From Mobula birostris (Eukaryota): a stretch of DNA of 64,000 bases. The notes under the pieces are model-generated. The model had not been told where the DNA came from, did no database searches, and saw nothing but the letters and a program-made list of their open reading frames with translations. Position 1 is the stretch's first letter. Each line of letters begins with the position of its first letter. A program made the position numbers and the translations under genes. Shown in pieces: positions 50,795 through 64,000 of the stretch. The stretch lies in the NCBI RefSeq assembly GCF_030028105.1, contig NC_092379.1, positions 87,407,006-87,471,005 on the forward strand, read 5' to 3'.

Positions 50795-52570
50795 ATTCGA
50801 GTTCATGGAATAAAAGACACATAAGGCTAAAGTATTGATGAAGTGAGTGCAAACAGAGAGTGGTGTCAAATTATTCTTTGTTATGATTAGAGATCATAAT
50901 AAACATTTAATACACAGATTTTAAAAAAAAATATATATATCAATTACATAGAATTGAGAGCATGGGACACAACTTGATGCCCTGAGTAAGGAATACAAAA
51001 TTATGATGGGCTTAGGAACATCTTTCAGCAGAAACGTATATAACCAGAGAGCATAGGTTTTGTATATGCAGTAGAAATGTTAGAGGGAACTTGTCAAAGC
51101 TATCTTTCATCTGTAAGGTTTTTGAAATCTTGAATACTGTGGGTGTTAATTTACATTGGGTATATTTAGAGCGGAGGTTGATAGATTCTTGGTTAATGAG
51201 GGTGCCAATGATTGTTAGGAAAAAGTTGGAGAGTGGGATTGAGAAGCAAAATAAATCTGCCATGACTGAATGATAGAGCAGACTTACTGGGCTGAATAGC
51301 CTTCTTCTGTTCTTATGTATTATGGTTTTCTGAGTCTGCAGCTGATACAAACCTTGAACTCATAATGAGCTGTGAAGGGGATGGAACAGACTTCAGGGGG
51401 ATTTAGTTAGTTTGGGTAAATATGTAGGCCAACAAGTGTCAGATAATATTTAAAAGATAAAAACACCAGGTGTTACATTTTTATTGAAAGAATGAGGACA
51501 GAGACTATGATCCAGAGGAAGAAGATTTGAGAATGCTTAAAGAATAGAGTGTTCTTGGGATAAATGAATATACATTATTAATACGTTTTGGAGAATATGG
51601 AGAGATGGTTAAAAACAGATATGATCATGGGTTTTATTATTATAGACATAACATACAGGAGTAAGGAAGTTATGATTAAATTTTATTAACCATTAGTACG
51701 GCCACAACTGGAGAATTTTGTCCCATTCTGAACACTATAGTCAAAGAAAAAAGTAAAGGTTGAAGAAAGCGGACACATTCCCTACACTCGAATGATTAAA
51801 GGAAGGAAGATCTTTAGTTACATGGACAGACTGGTGCCGCGGCTGTACCGGTCTATCTATGTAACTAAAGGGGATGTGATAGTTATGAAGGGTCCAGTTA
51901 GAATACAAAGAGTGAAAGTTCCCGGTAACACCTGGGTAATGAACTTAATGACATAGAATGACAGTGATAGCAAAAGGACCAAAAGCCACATGAGGAAATG
52001 ATGATGACAATGATGATGATGATGATAGATACTTTATTGATCCCAAAAGAAATTACAGTGTCATAGTAGTATTACAAGTGTACAGATATACAAATATTAG
52101 AAGAGAAGTAAGGAAGAATAAAAAATAAGTTACCTCAAACAGTCTAACAGGAGGAGGGCATCACTTTCGTGGCTATAGGTTGACTCATTATAGCGCCCAA
52201 TGGCCAAAGTTAAGAATGACCTCATATTGCGCTCTTTGGAGCAGCTCAGATACCTTAGTCTATTACTAAAATGTTCCACTGTTCAACCAAGGTGGCATGC
52301 AGTGGGTGAGAAACAATGCCCAGAATTGCCAGGATTTTCCGTAGGGTCCTTTATTCTACCACAGCCTCCAGTGTGTCTAATTTGACTCCTATAACAGAGC
52401 CAGCCTTTCTAATTGGCTTTAAGCAGCTAGTAGTCAAGATCTAGCTTGCACGTCCAGATGAAAGAGAAGTGGATAAGTACTTGGAAGGAAAGAAAAGAAT
52501 AGAAGGGTAGAATATGAGGATATGAGGATAGAAGATGAAATATTCCATCAACTTTTTAAAATTTTGTATA
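50795..52570 (+). mobile_element. Ancient CR1 remnants, including a younger CR1 3' end at 51040-51325
   Basis: ttagtacggccacaactggag (LVRPQLE) and gggctgaatagccttcttctgttcttatgt. Confidence 0.65.
51998..52420 (-). mobile_element. Rex1/Babar 3' fragment with (ATC)n tail
   Basis: gatgatgat..agatactttattgatccc tail, the same gggatcaataaagt end as the 6849-8241 family. Confidence 0.8.
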
Positions 52571-53334
52571 ATTCTGTAATTTTGGGCTTCTCTTCTGTTG
52601 CAAATTCAAATGTCACTTCTCTTGTGTTCTTTTCTCTCAGTATTGATGTTTGCTAGTGCCTGAAGTTAGCCAGTCAATTTAAAATCATTATGGGAAAGCC
52701 ATCATCAAACTTCTGAGCATTTTTTCTACCTTTAATATGTACAGTTCACTTCCTGGTGAAAGGATGACAAAGTTATACAGATGCTTTCCATTATAATATT
52801 TCATGTGGAGAGGAAAACATGAAACTAGAAAAGTAACCATAAAAGCAGGAAGTTAAAATGAATAGAATTGAGTGCCAGTTAATTCCAATTGTCAAACCTG
52901 TCTTCATTCAATAACTGCACTTGATTTAAAATCTTCTGTATTACACTAATCTTAATGTTTTAAGTATATTATGTAAGAACTATTTACTTTCCTTAGATTT
53001 ATGAAGAATTAATGTAAGTTTCAAATTTGGCATGCAAAACAATTACTAAACAAATGAAATAGCAATTCCATTTACTGCATATTCAGTAGAAAGTTACATC
53101 TAATCATAACAATATAAACTGCCATATGTTCTTCTAGCTGAATTAGTTTAGTGGGTTTCTTTGTTTAATCATTATGGTTCTAAATTCAAAAGGACTGAAA
53201 CAGAAATTCAATGCTTATTAGTCTTCCACAAAACATATTTGTGGAAACATTTCATAAAACATTTATAAGGCAGTTATTGTGGAAAAGATTTATAAATGCT
53301 GCTTAAGTAGGGGCAATTATAACATCCTCCTCCT

Positions 53335-53475
53335 TTCTTTCCAGACCTGATGAAAAGTCTTGGCTAGAAACATCAACTGTTGATTCATTTCCATGCTGCC
53401 TGACCTGCTGAGTTCCTCCAGAATTTTGTGCATGTTGCTCTGGATCTCAATCGTCTGTAGGATCTCTTGTGTTTG
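53335..53475 (+). repeat. Penelope terminal repeat with decayed minimal hammerhead motif
   Basis: cagac-CTGATGA-aaagtcttggcta-GAAA-c-ATC-aactg, followed by atgctgcctgacctgctgagttcctccag. Confidence 0.8.
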
Positions 53476-55904
53476 TAATTGTAAACCAACCAGTTAAAAA
53501 TCAGGCACAGTGTTCTTGAGACTTGTATGTTAGCAATTTCATAAAGTATAAAGACAGCATTTGCATTTTATGCCAATGTCCACTTTATTTTGAATAGGAA
53601 ACAGCCCCAAAGGAGTATAATCAAACAGGCCAGGTAAAAGAAAAACTCACAAGCTTGAATGGAGTTCCTCGTCCAATATTGGGCTATATTCATTTTACAG
53701 GAGAGTAAAATCTCACAATACACCTGACCCCTTTAATTTCCAAAAAGGTGATGCCACCAAAAGATGACGTTGATTAAGATTGGCTTCACTTTGATGGATC
53801 AGTGCACCTTGGCGTCAACCACTGCTTGTTTTTTCTTTCCCTAAAAAAGAGACTTTCCACGTGTTTTCTATGGATGACAGCACTAAGAGGGCAGACAAGC
53901 CTAGTTTGCCTTCCATTGTCCCACTCTTTGAGCAGAAGTTGGAAGGTCTTGGGAGGGGCTTCAAGGATTATTTTCCATTGCACATTCACATTTTTTGCCT
54001 CTTCAATAGGCTATTATCATTATTTAGAGATTCTGCTCATTTTGGCAACATAATCCTTTGGCATTCATAGGCATTTTGTTAATTTGTTGTGAATGGCTGC
54101 AAATACAAAACCTATTACACCTTGGGAGAAATTCAGAGATTACCATAGGAGAGTTAATAGCGTTCAAATGTTAACAATGAGATACAGAATCATATTTGGC
54201 TAATTCTGCATCGGAGAAAAGGTGCTGGTGTGAGAGGATGCCGTCTGCTACTGTTAATAGAGCTCATTGCATGCATCATGTTTCATAAATTAGTGATTTT
54301 AAAGTGTTTTAGCTGTTATATGGGTAATTACCAGCTAATAGTTGTTGCTGCTGTTTGGCAGAATTCATGTGTACCATTCGCAATGGTACAACTCTTTGAG
54401 AATTTCTTGTGCCTCAGAGATCTGTGGTACTTTCACCTTGCAACTTACATTTATATTTGTGTCTGGGCTTTTTCCTGGTCTTTGAGCAGAGTATTTTGTG
54501 TTTGTGCTACAAACTGCAATGATTTGACACTTGAAGTTCAGATTACAGTAATAGTTGGAGACTTAATGACTGCTATTACCAGCCACAGGAATCTAATGGA
54601 CGGTAAGTTCACAAAACAAAATAAGTGGAATTCAGTAAAAGGAAATGAAGATATGTTTGAAAATGCTTGGCAAGTGCTATGTGACCAAAACATTTCAGGT
54701 ATAATATAAATAATAATGTAAATGACACAATTGTCTCATTGTGTAATTATCAAACATATTTAGTATAATATGTACTAAATAGAAGATTTACATTAAAGAT
54801 GCACACTGATTACTGTTGGTTGGAAAACTGTGACTCATCAGATAAATTCATATTCAAAAGTGGTATAAATCAAAGTGATTCTGATTTGAATCTCTGTTCT
54901 AAGCTGAGTTTGAGCTCAGCATACAAACACTTGTCTCCAACTTTTCCTGGAGTCTTCTGGGAGTCTCATGAATACACTCTTCTAATTTATAAATAAAAAA
55001 AGACAAGCATTCATTAATGGGAGTAGAACTATTCAGATCTACACGGTACTTGAAATTCCCTAATGGCACAAGCATGACTATCTTGCATCTAAAATACTAA
55101 ACCAAAAATGCCACAAATTCTCATGATACAGAAATATAAAATAATTTGAAATTCCTTGACACATTTTAATTCTGTTACGTCGAAGACCGCACATCCAATT
55201 AAAATATATTACTAACATAGCAATGAATCTGGATGGCACATTGTGCCACATTTTTGATGAAATGTCACAATCAAAATGTCATTTCTGTTCAGAGGCTGTC
55301 TGAATTATTTTGGTTCCACATTTTTTTTTTCTGATTGTTTTAGTTCAATTTCAACAAGTCCCAATTATTTTCATCTGAAATTGTCTTTTTGTTTAAACAA
55401 AGTGTATCAAAATAGTGCTTGTGTGTAGAAGAATGATAAATCAAGCCCTCTTCAGTTACTTTCTTCCTTTGATTTTCATAGAATGTACATTCATAGTTTT
55501 CATATTGTGAACAGAAAATAATTCTAATGAGTTAAAGTTAATTATAATCCAGAGAACTGAATCGCTTTCATGGAAATCATGAAGGAATTTTTTTTTTCCA
55601 TTAATATCAACTTCCAGCTGCTCAGACATAAAAAGCAGTTCACGTAACTTTGCCGCAGAAATTTGCTTACAAGTTAGCTGATACCGAATAATATCACCAA
55701 TGGATTGCATGTCATATCTAGTTAATGAGAATGTTTCTCATTATCTCTTTAAGTAAGATTTCTATGTCTCTGACTGTCCACTGAATCACATTAACTGAAA
55801 ATAAATAGACACTATCTATTGATTTATTCCATTATATTTGAGGATTAGTTCTGAAGTTTCAAACAAAATCACTACTTTGAGTCAAACACTGAACATTCAT
55901 TCTC

Positions 55905-56220
55905 TCAAACAGCAATGCCCAATGGCTGCATTGTGCACCATTTACAAAAGCCTTTTCAGTTTCTCAGTTAAACTATTCATACAACACCTTCCAAACATAA
56001 ACCTTGATTTATAAGAAAGACAAGGACATGGTCCCTCCAAGTTGCACATGATACTGATCTGGAAGGTTATCATTTATCATTCAGCATCACTGTATCTATA
56101 TACTTGATAACTCATCTCAAATGATAGTGGGAGTACATTTGCCAATTACTAAAACAATCAAGAACATGTCTACTTTATCAAGGAGATTTAAGGAAGAGCA
56201 ATAAATTACCAGCAATATCA
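55905..56220 (+). mobile_element. Ancient L2/CR1-group LINE 3' end
   Basis: acaacaccttccaaac..ccctccaagttgcac..aaggaagagcaataaatt. Confidence 0.55.
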
Positions 56221-56319
56221 AAAGGCTTAAAAATGAAAAAAGGGGGAAAAAAATTACCCATCATGTTGGGTGGTTTATTGAAAAGCATCTGTTCAAATGA
56301 GAATTTGTAATGTTATAAC

Positions 56320-57335
56320 TCAGGAAATTAAGAACATGGCTCCTTAAGCCTGACTTGCCATACAGTATGGCTAATCTATATTGGTCCCATTCCCCTTCTG
56401 TGCCAGTTCACCATATATCTTAATCCCTCAATCTTTCAAATATTTATCTATCTTTAACTTAAATATAAAAAAATTCTAGAGATTCACTATTTCTGAGATA
56501 AATGAAAAATGTATGCATCTTGCTTTTAAGAGACAAGCTCTTTATGTTGCAGTTAAGTCCCCTTACTCTTCAACTAGTGAAAACATTTCAACATCTCCCC
56601 TTATATGTTGAAATGAAGCTATCTGTCATTATTTTAAACTTTTAGTAACACTATCCTGAACTGTCTAGCCTCTCCCAAGAGGACAGTCCCCTTATCTCAG
56701 GACTTAGCCTGCCTGATAAATCTCTTTTAACAGATTTATATGCAACTATATCCTTCTTTAGGTAAGGGAACCAAAATTGTGCACAGCATTCCCCGGAGTG
56801 GAATCACTGACAATCTGTACAACTGTACTAAAGTGTCCATATTCTTAAAATCCAACCTGTTCACAATAAAGGCCAACAGTCCAATTGCTTTCTTAACTAC
56901 TTGTTGGACCTGATAGAATTTTTATGTGATTTATGCACTAGAACACATAGATCCCTTTGAACTTCACTCAGTTGCAGTCTTCGTTCATTTAGATAATAGT
57001 CAACATTTTGAACCCTTACAAAAGTGCATGACCTCACACTTCCCCACATTAAACTCCATTTTCAGACTTTTGCCTACTCACTTTATCTATCTTCATCACA
57101 ATGTCTTGGATACCACATACCTTTCTGTCTGTTTTTGATTCTTAGGCAAATTTGGAAGTCCTGTATCTTGTTCCCTTCTCCATGCTATTAATGCAAATTG
57201 TAAAGAATTGAGAGCCCAGAACTGATCCATGAGATACTCCACTAGTTGCATCCCTCCAGCCTGATAACGACTCATTTATTACAAATCTTCATGTTTTTTT
57301 TTCGTGGCAGTCTGTTTTTTATCCATGCTAACACT
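56320..57335 (-). mobile_element. Ancient CR1 LINE fragment
   Basis: gggaaccaaaattgtgcacagcattcc (EYCAQFW-like on minus) and atgacctcacacttccccacattaaactccat. Confidence 0.75.
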
Positions 57336-58879
57336 TTCTGAAGTACCTTGGGTGCTTAATTTACCTAAAAAGCAAATTTATTATGTAAATGCAATGAAAT
57401 GCACAAGTAGATTTGCACAATTTCAAAATTAATTCAAAATGCAAATTATATATTTTCCTGGGCAATATTTTATACGGTCCATGCTGCCCTGAGACCTAAT
57501 AATTAACATATGATTTATATTAATAATATTATTTCCATTTTTTTTCTAAAACATGGGATGTTAAATTTTAGATTGTTAGCAACAAGGTTGCTCTAGTCCA
57601 GTACTTGTCTAATTTATTTGAAATTATTTTCACTTTAAAATTGCAGTAGGAACCAAAAATAGCAAACTAGCATAAAACAATTATCAGATTTAAGGATGAA
57701 AATCTCCAATGTATATCAATCTTGTCAGAAAGAAAATGACCAAAGCATTAAAGGTTCTGGGGAAGACAGGAAAGAAGAGGAAACTAGTCTTACAAAGGTT
57801 TGAATTATTTTCAATTTTTAAATACTTTTAGTTCTCTGGTTTCAATATGTGGGAAAAATATTAACTGAAAAATTATACTAATTATGTTTGAGTTTTGGTC
57901 TCTCTGAGTTCAGGCGACCTCATTAATGTTGCATCTGTTAGTCATTGAAAACCGTCTGCCACAATCTGTGAATTTCTGCTGCACCAAGAACTGCCCACAT
58001 TCATATTTGGCCAATCCTATTAAATCTCACTAATTTGAAGTGATAGCCATCATTTATTAAAATTGTAACATATTTTGATGTATTTTATACTGACAAATAC
58101 TTGCACTTAAATATTCTTGAACAGATTAATGACATGGCATGCTATCCAAAATCTATTTACTCTTTTCTCAATATTGAACTTATATGATTTAAGGGTCAGT
58201 CAGTAAATGTAGTGGGATTTTAGAAATGTGTCAAATCTACTCTGTTTTCACAATCTTTTTAAGCTCCCAGTGCTGAAACAATTGGCAATATGGATTGACT
58301 ATCTTGTTCTGATATAAGTCAGCAGCGCTTCAACAGATCGGTTGAAGAAAAGAAAGCATTTATCCTGTTTTTTCCTGCAGTCTCTCCCCCCAAATGTTCT
58401 GAAATAGCCCTACAATTTTCTATAATTCCTTATTGTTATGTCATGCATGTATATAAAGTTTAAACAGAGCTTTGTAACATAAAACAATAACTTCTCCTCA
58501 CTCACAAATACAGTAATCATGGTTAACCTTTTATATGCACTGGGAAGTTCTTTTTTGCTTTTAGGTGTTCTTCAATTTCTCATTCACCTTGTCTTAATGG
58601 AATAAGCAGCTTTCATTCCTTGCTAAGAAGTTGCAACATTTCCATTGTTTGTCCCTCTTTGCTTCTCCCACATCTTTACTCTGCCTCAAGTCTGAAAAAT
58701 CCTCAGATCCTTGGCAGAGAACAAACAATAAAATGTATTTTAAGGATAAAGTGGTAAATAAGCATATATTGGTACAAGAATAATTTTTAAAATAAGTTAC
58801 TCATCAGTAGATTGAATAGTGTTCATTTTATTAAGATGGCTGGAAGTCTATTGAAAAATAGACAAGACAGAATTAGAGA

Positions 58880-59470
58880 ACATTAGAGACCAATAGCACA
58901 GAAACAAACCCTCTCAACATTGAGCTTATGCCAATCATCAAGCATCTATCCACACTAATCATACCACAAGCACACTTTTTATTTGCTGCAGGTTGCCCTA
59001 ATTCCCCCAAGGCTCTATCTCTCACCTATATATGGATATCAAGCCTTGTACAAGGCATAACACAGTAGTGCCAGCTTGGCACTGAGCTCCTCAATACATA
59101 ACACTTGGAAAAAAAAGAGTGGCAGTGCCTTTGGAATACAGTTGTCAGGAGCTTCCCCTCCGTTGCCACTGACCCACCTGACATATAAATATGATTCAGT
59201 TCTTCCAGCATCACTGGAGCAGCTTACCTCACAGCATTGTATTTGAATCTGTATTTTAAGACCAGAAGCCCTGAATTCATTACGCATACAGCCATAAAGA
59301 ATGGAAACAAACCTTTCATCCCACCGAATCTGTGCCAACCATTGAGCACTCGTTTATGCAACTTCTGCACTAATTCCATTTTATTCTCCCCACATTCCTT
59401 CCAGCTCACCCCATATTCTAAGACCCACCTGCACGTTATGAGCAATTTACAGTGGCCATCTTCTGAATAA
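58880..59470 (-). mobile_element. Two V-SINE/CR1-tail remnants (58880-59030 and 59290-59470)
   Basis: cactaattccattttattctccccacattcc..gagcaatttacagtggcca. Confidence 0.55.
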
Positions 59471-59691
59471 CCTACCTCTACCATTTTACTCCCCTTATTC
59501 CAAACATTGGTTCTCTCTTGTCCCCTATCCCTGGATATTAATCCAGTACATTACACCATACAATATGTTCATTTGCACATTGCATAGCATACAAAGGAAA
59601 ATTTTTAAAAATTGTGGATTTTAGAGTGCTCAGCATCTTGTACTTCTAGTGCTCCTAAAGTTTGAAACAAAGGTGACTGAAACGGTTTTTG

Positions 59692-59985
59692 ACATAGAAC
59701 ATAGAACAGTACAGCACAGGAACAGACTCTTTGGCCTACAATATTATGCTGAACCAATTAAATTAGTAATCAAATGCCCAACTAAACTTACCATTCTGCT
59801 TACACAATATTCATACCATTCCCTTTCCTTCACATACATGTGCCTAATGTATCTTCCTCTACAACCACATCAGGCAATGCATTCCAGGTACTCACCATTC
59901 TGTGTAAAAATAACTGCCCTTCACATCTCCTTTGAACTTACCCCCCTCACGTTAAATTGTGCCCTTTGGTATTAGACATTTCTGG
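59692..59985 (-). mobile_element. CR1 3' end
   Basis: catagaacatagaacagtacagcacaggaacag tail and caggcaatgcattccagg. Confidence 0.8.
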
Positions 59986-60474
59986 TCTAATAAGCAACAA
60001 ACAAAAGCTCACATTTTACAGCACACATCAGCTTCCCTCACTGCAAAACTTCATCAAATCCATTTAATGATTTGAAGCTCAACGCAGATCATAATGGACT
60101 GATACAAATCTGTTGGTGTGAAACAATGACCCAAAATTTTCAATTCCAAAATTTACTACCTTCCTACAGTTCTCTTGTTATTTCATGTCCTTTGTACCTC
60201 TCAAGACAGTAGTGTAAATACATGGTAATTTCATGCTATAATCAAATATCCTCTGATCAGTGAAAACAGTGAAAAGTGATGGGGTCAACACTTCAATTTT
60301 CAGAACATTGGTCATCAAAAGCAGATAAATCAGCTCTATATCTCCAAGTAAAATCTTGGTAGAGCATAGCAGAAGAACATTTAGCTAGGTTGTAAGCCAC
60401 ACCAAAATTTCTTCTTCACAGCCTGACTTAAATAATGCAGACACTTATGTGGTTACTCTACTGGGGACAAGCAA

Positions 60475-60605
60475 AGAAAGGGGGTCTCAGCCTGAAGCGT
60501 TGACTGCACTCTTTTCCATCGATGCTGCCTGGTCTGCTGAGTTCCTTCAGCATTTTGTGTCTGCTGCTTGGATTTCTGGCATCTGCAGATTTTCTCTTGT
60601 TTGTG
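60475..60605 (+). repeat. Penelope terminal repeat
   Basis: gggtctcagcctgaagcgttgactg..gatgctgcctggtctgctgagttcc. Confidence 0.8.
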
Positions 60606-63600
60606 AAAGTAATAATGAGTCCGCTTTTTTGGAATTTATTATTGGGTGCAATTGTGCAAACAAGGAGAAGGACGATTTCTCCCTACTCTGAAATAGGGGA
60701 ATATTTGTGAGATGCTGCACAGAAAAGTGGTACTTCTCTTTAGTGGTTGTTGGGGTGGGGATTGTTGTATTTTCTTTTGGTAAAATTCAAATAAATTAAA
60801 AAACAGAAGGGGGATGGGAGATGTTGGAACAGTACTGAACATTACTTCGAAAATGAACTGTATTAGCAACACATGCTGGAGCAGCAAAGGCATTTGTTTT
60901 GATTTTAAGCAGCTGAACATGGTGTTCAATGTTAACAATACCATCCTGTCTTGTTAAGGGTGAAAATGACTGAATGGAATTCGCAGAAGCCAGAATTTTA
61001 TGCTAACAAATTCTCACACCCAGGTGTCAGAGGAAATGAAAATAGAAGCACTGAAAACAAGTCTCATGTTAGGTGGTACAGTGAAGAAAACAGGGGGGGT
61101 CAGAATTTTGATTGAGCTCACTTGCCAAATGGTGAGAGCTTCACAGAGGGACTCATGGAATAAAAGTGCAGAACACTAGAGATAGATGAAAGTTAGAAAT
61201 ACAAAAATGATACAAGAGGAAGCATAATGAGAAATTAAAAGAATCAAAACGTTAATGAAATGTTGGAAACATTAATTATGTGGGAGATCGTGGAGGAAAT
61301 GGAAGCAAAAACTGCCTTTGTCTGAAAGGTTACAGCATCTCAGGGGGAAAAGAGCAAAGAGAAATTATCAGATCTGCCCCTGCTAGCATCTTTTAATCTC
61401 TACCCAGCTAATAGGATTTATCTACCGTTCATTCCAGACTCATTACCTGCAGCCTATTTAACCCCAGTTACCATCAACAGTACTTGCTCACTCATTAAAC
61501 CAGCTAGCCTCAACCAGTTGCTCCAAGCTTTCACTCTCCCTGCTTAAAGGTTAGCTTGTTGCCTGTTGTGTTTAGTTTCCATTGTCTCATTTTGTGGCCC
61601 CGCATGGCTTTATATTTTGTGGTCTATTATTGGAGTTATTTTTTACTGCTAAATTGTCTCCACTGCTCCTCTTTCGGGTCAACCCTCCTCTATATTTCCT
61701 GATAGAAGTAGATTGACACCAAGGTGTGTGGCTTAACTCATCAGTATAATATGTTCACTGCCAAATATCATTTCTCTATACGCCACCAGTGACAAAGACT
61801 ATACATTTTGCATGAAACACAGAACTATTGTATCACTCTACAGATGCTGCCTGATGTGCATTTCTTTTATTTCTTTTGATTTAGGCATTGCTTTTGAAGG
61901 TTACTGCTTTTTTTTCTGTGAGCAGAGGATGTCTAAATTTGGCCATTTGGCATCTATTTCCTTACAATTTATATTGCTGCTCTCTCCCCTGTCGTCAGGT
62001 GCAGAAGTTCAATGAATGTAATGAAAAAAATAATGGGCAGCATTAGTCAAACATAAGAGGAGACTGGGTTTCACACTCATTTTTTTTCTATTGCTGTGAC
62101 CCTTTATTCAGGTTCTATTTCATGATGGAGCAATGGGACTTCTGGCTTATTCTTCAAGATCTGAATGAGCAGAAAGCATTTGCAATAAACAGCGAATGTA
62201 GAAATCACTTTAAAAGATGCAAATTCAGAGCACGTGCAGCAGAACAAAACAAAAAACATATAATGCTGGAAACTTTGATCAGCTCAAGCAGTCTAACTGG
62301 AGAGAAGGAGGGATACAAATGCCTTTTAATCTCCCTTGAAGAACGAACAGTTGGGAGATGTTGGGGAAATGCAGGCACAAAATAGCTCAGTATGAGGCTT
62401 TCTCAGATTGTACCTTCAAATCTGTCTTCTTCATTCTCTCAACACTGGCTGATGTACCTTCAGCTGTTAAGTGCCTCTGTTTTGGAATAATTTCTCTAAT
62501 CTTTCTTGGTCTGCCATTTCCTACTCCATTAAAACCCATCTGAGTCAAATATTTTTGGCACTTCACCTGTTGGTGATCCAAAATCAAACAATATCTATTT
62601 GTTTTGTTCTGTATGCACATTATTTACTTGTTATACACATAACAGAAAACTAGATTAGTATTATTTGAATGAAATAGGAATTGATAATCACTACCAATTT
62701 ACCTCTCTGGTATTGAAAATTAATGGACACAAGTGCCCTCTTGCCTTCTTTCTGGAGGTAAGCACACCTGCTTCCTCAAGACTGTTGAAAGAATCACGGT
62801 GTCAGTAATCCATCTGGACATGACAGATTTGGGAAGAGCTAGCATCCATAGATATAGTTGACATTTCTGATAGGGATCAGCTCAGGGTTTAACCTACACT
62901 ATGTGTTTGGCCAGATTGGATAAGTAAATGAAGTTCCATGTTTTTTGTAGTTTAACTTGTTAGGTAAATTTATTTTAAATAGGGAACGCAGTTCTGATTT
63001 TTATGGTTTGCATGCAAATGAGGCTCATACCTGTAATTCAGTCTTTTTTTTAAACAGCCAGCTTTACACTCTACTGAATAATGATCTTGCAATTTTAGAG
63101 CAAGCAAAGGATCTCTAGACCTACAAAGTTTAGTAAGACCTACAAAACATGCAGTTCTCCAAAGAATAAATCATTTGTCCCTGGCTATACTGCCCTGGAA
63201 TCAGCAAAATATTCTAATTTTTTTTCTTCAGTATTTCAATCCTTCAGATGTATTTCCAACTAAGTTAGTTGGTCATTTTCAACAAGCGAGCCAGAAGTGC
63301 CTCAGAAAAAAAAACAAACCAAGTTCCTACTCTACACCACCTGTATGCACTGAGGAAGAAACCCATCCATTTTTGTCATGAAATGCGTGTTGGTGCTGTA
63401 CTGTTAATTATCCTGATAATTAATGGGACACATTTAAAGCCTTTCCACTCCATCTCCTTTGACTCATTAATGCCATTTATGAGTTATTTGCCTTCAGCTT
63501 ATGATTTCACCAAGTCCCGATGTTTGTTCATGCTGATGCAATCTGAAGATATGAACACTTACTTAATATGATTTTCTTTGGTGGAATTTTAAATATACAT

Positions 63601-63872
63601 TTTATTTCAATCATATTGTGAAATTATTTTTTTCATTGTGGGTATACTATTACTTAGGGATGTATTTTCCAGTTTTAACAAAAAAATGAAACTATTTACA
63701 ATGGTGCTAGAATTTAACAAATCTAAATGGTATCCTTTATTGCATTTGAAACTCCTCTGATAGTCTTGGAAATGATAGAAGGCTTTATATGCATTAGAAT
63801 TATAGTGTCATGGAGTTAATCAGCAGAAAAACAGATCCTTTTGCCCATCACATCTATGCTGACTTCAACGCT

Positions 63873-64000
63873 ACAAATACAAGAGATTCTACAGATGTTA
63901 GAAATCCAGAGCAACACACACAAAACACTGGAGGAACTCGGCAGGGTAGGCAGCATCTATGGAGAGAAATAAGTGGTCAGCCCTTTGTGATGAGACCCTT
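63873..64000 (-). repeat. Penelope terminal repeat, runs off the window
   Basis: acaagagattctacagatg..caacacacacaaaacactggaggaactcggcagg..gagaccctt. Confidence 0.8.

Noticed and set aside
54230-54709. 159-aa ORF with a perfect GTAAGT donor at 54603
   Set aside because: Non-ATG start, atypical composition, weak acceptor and no recognisable domain.

Overview
Eukaryotic, gene-poor, retrotransposon-dominated DNA. The repeat families point to an elasmobranch, probably a ray; this is inferred from HE1-like V-SINEs, shark-type CR1, Rex1/Babar and Penelope repeats, recognised from memory rather than by a search. No host protein-coding exon can be supported. Nearly all long ORFs are decayed transposon ORFs. 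The window holds a two-LTR Mag-like Gypsy element (27545-34815), three long CR1 LINEs and several fragments, many Rex1/Babar LINE fragments, Penelope-like elements whose terminal repeats carry decayed minimal hammerhead motifs, a solo LTR, a Tc1 derivative, an RTE-derived non-autonomous element, V-SINEs and Deu-SINEs. Several 2-3 level nested insertions can be reconstructed to the base. The most interesting signal is in the Gypsy element. It has no tRNA-type primer-binding site. Instead, the 14 nt just after the 5' LTR pair with the LTR's own AATAAA-containing segment and close an extended R/U5 hairpin, which suggests self-priming and/or poly(A)-signal masking. Its RT also reads YLDN instead of YxDD. 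Boundaries of old repeats are approximate and identities were estimated by eye.
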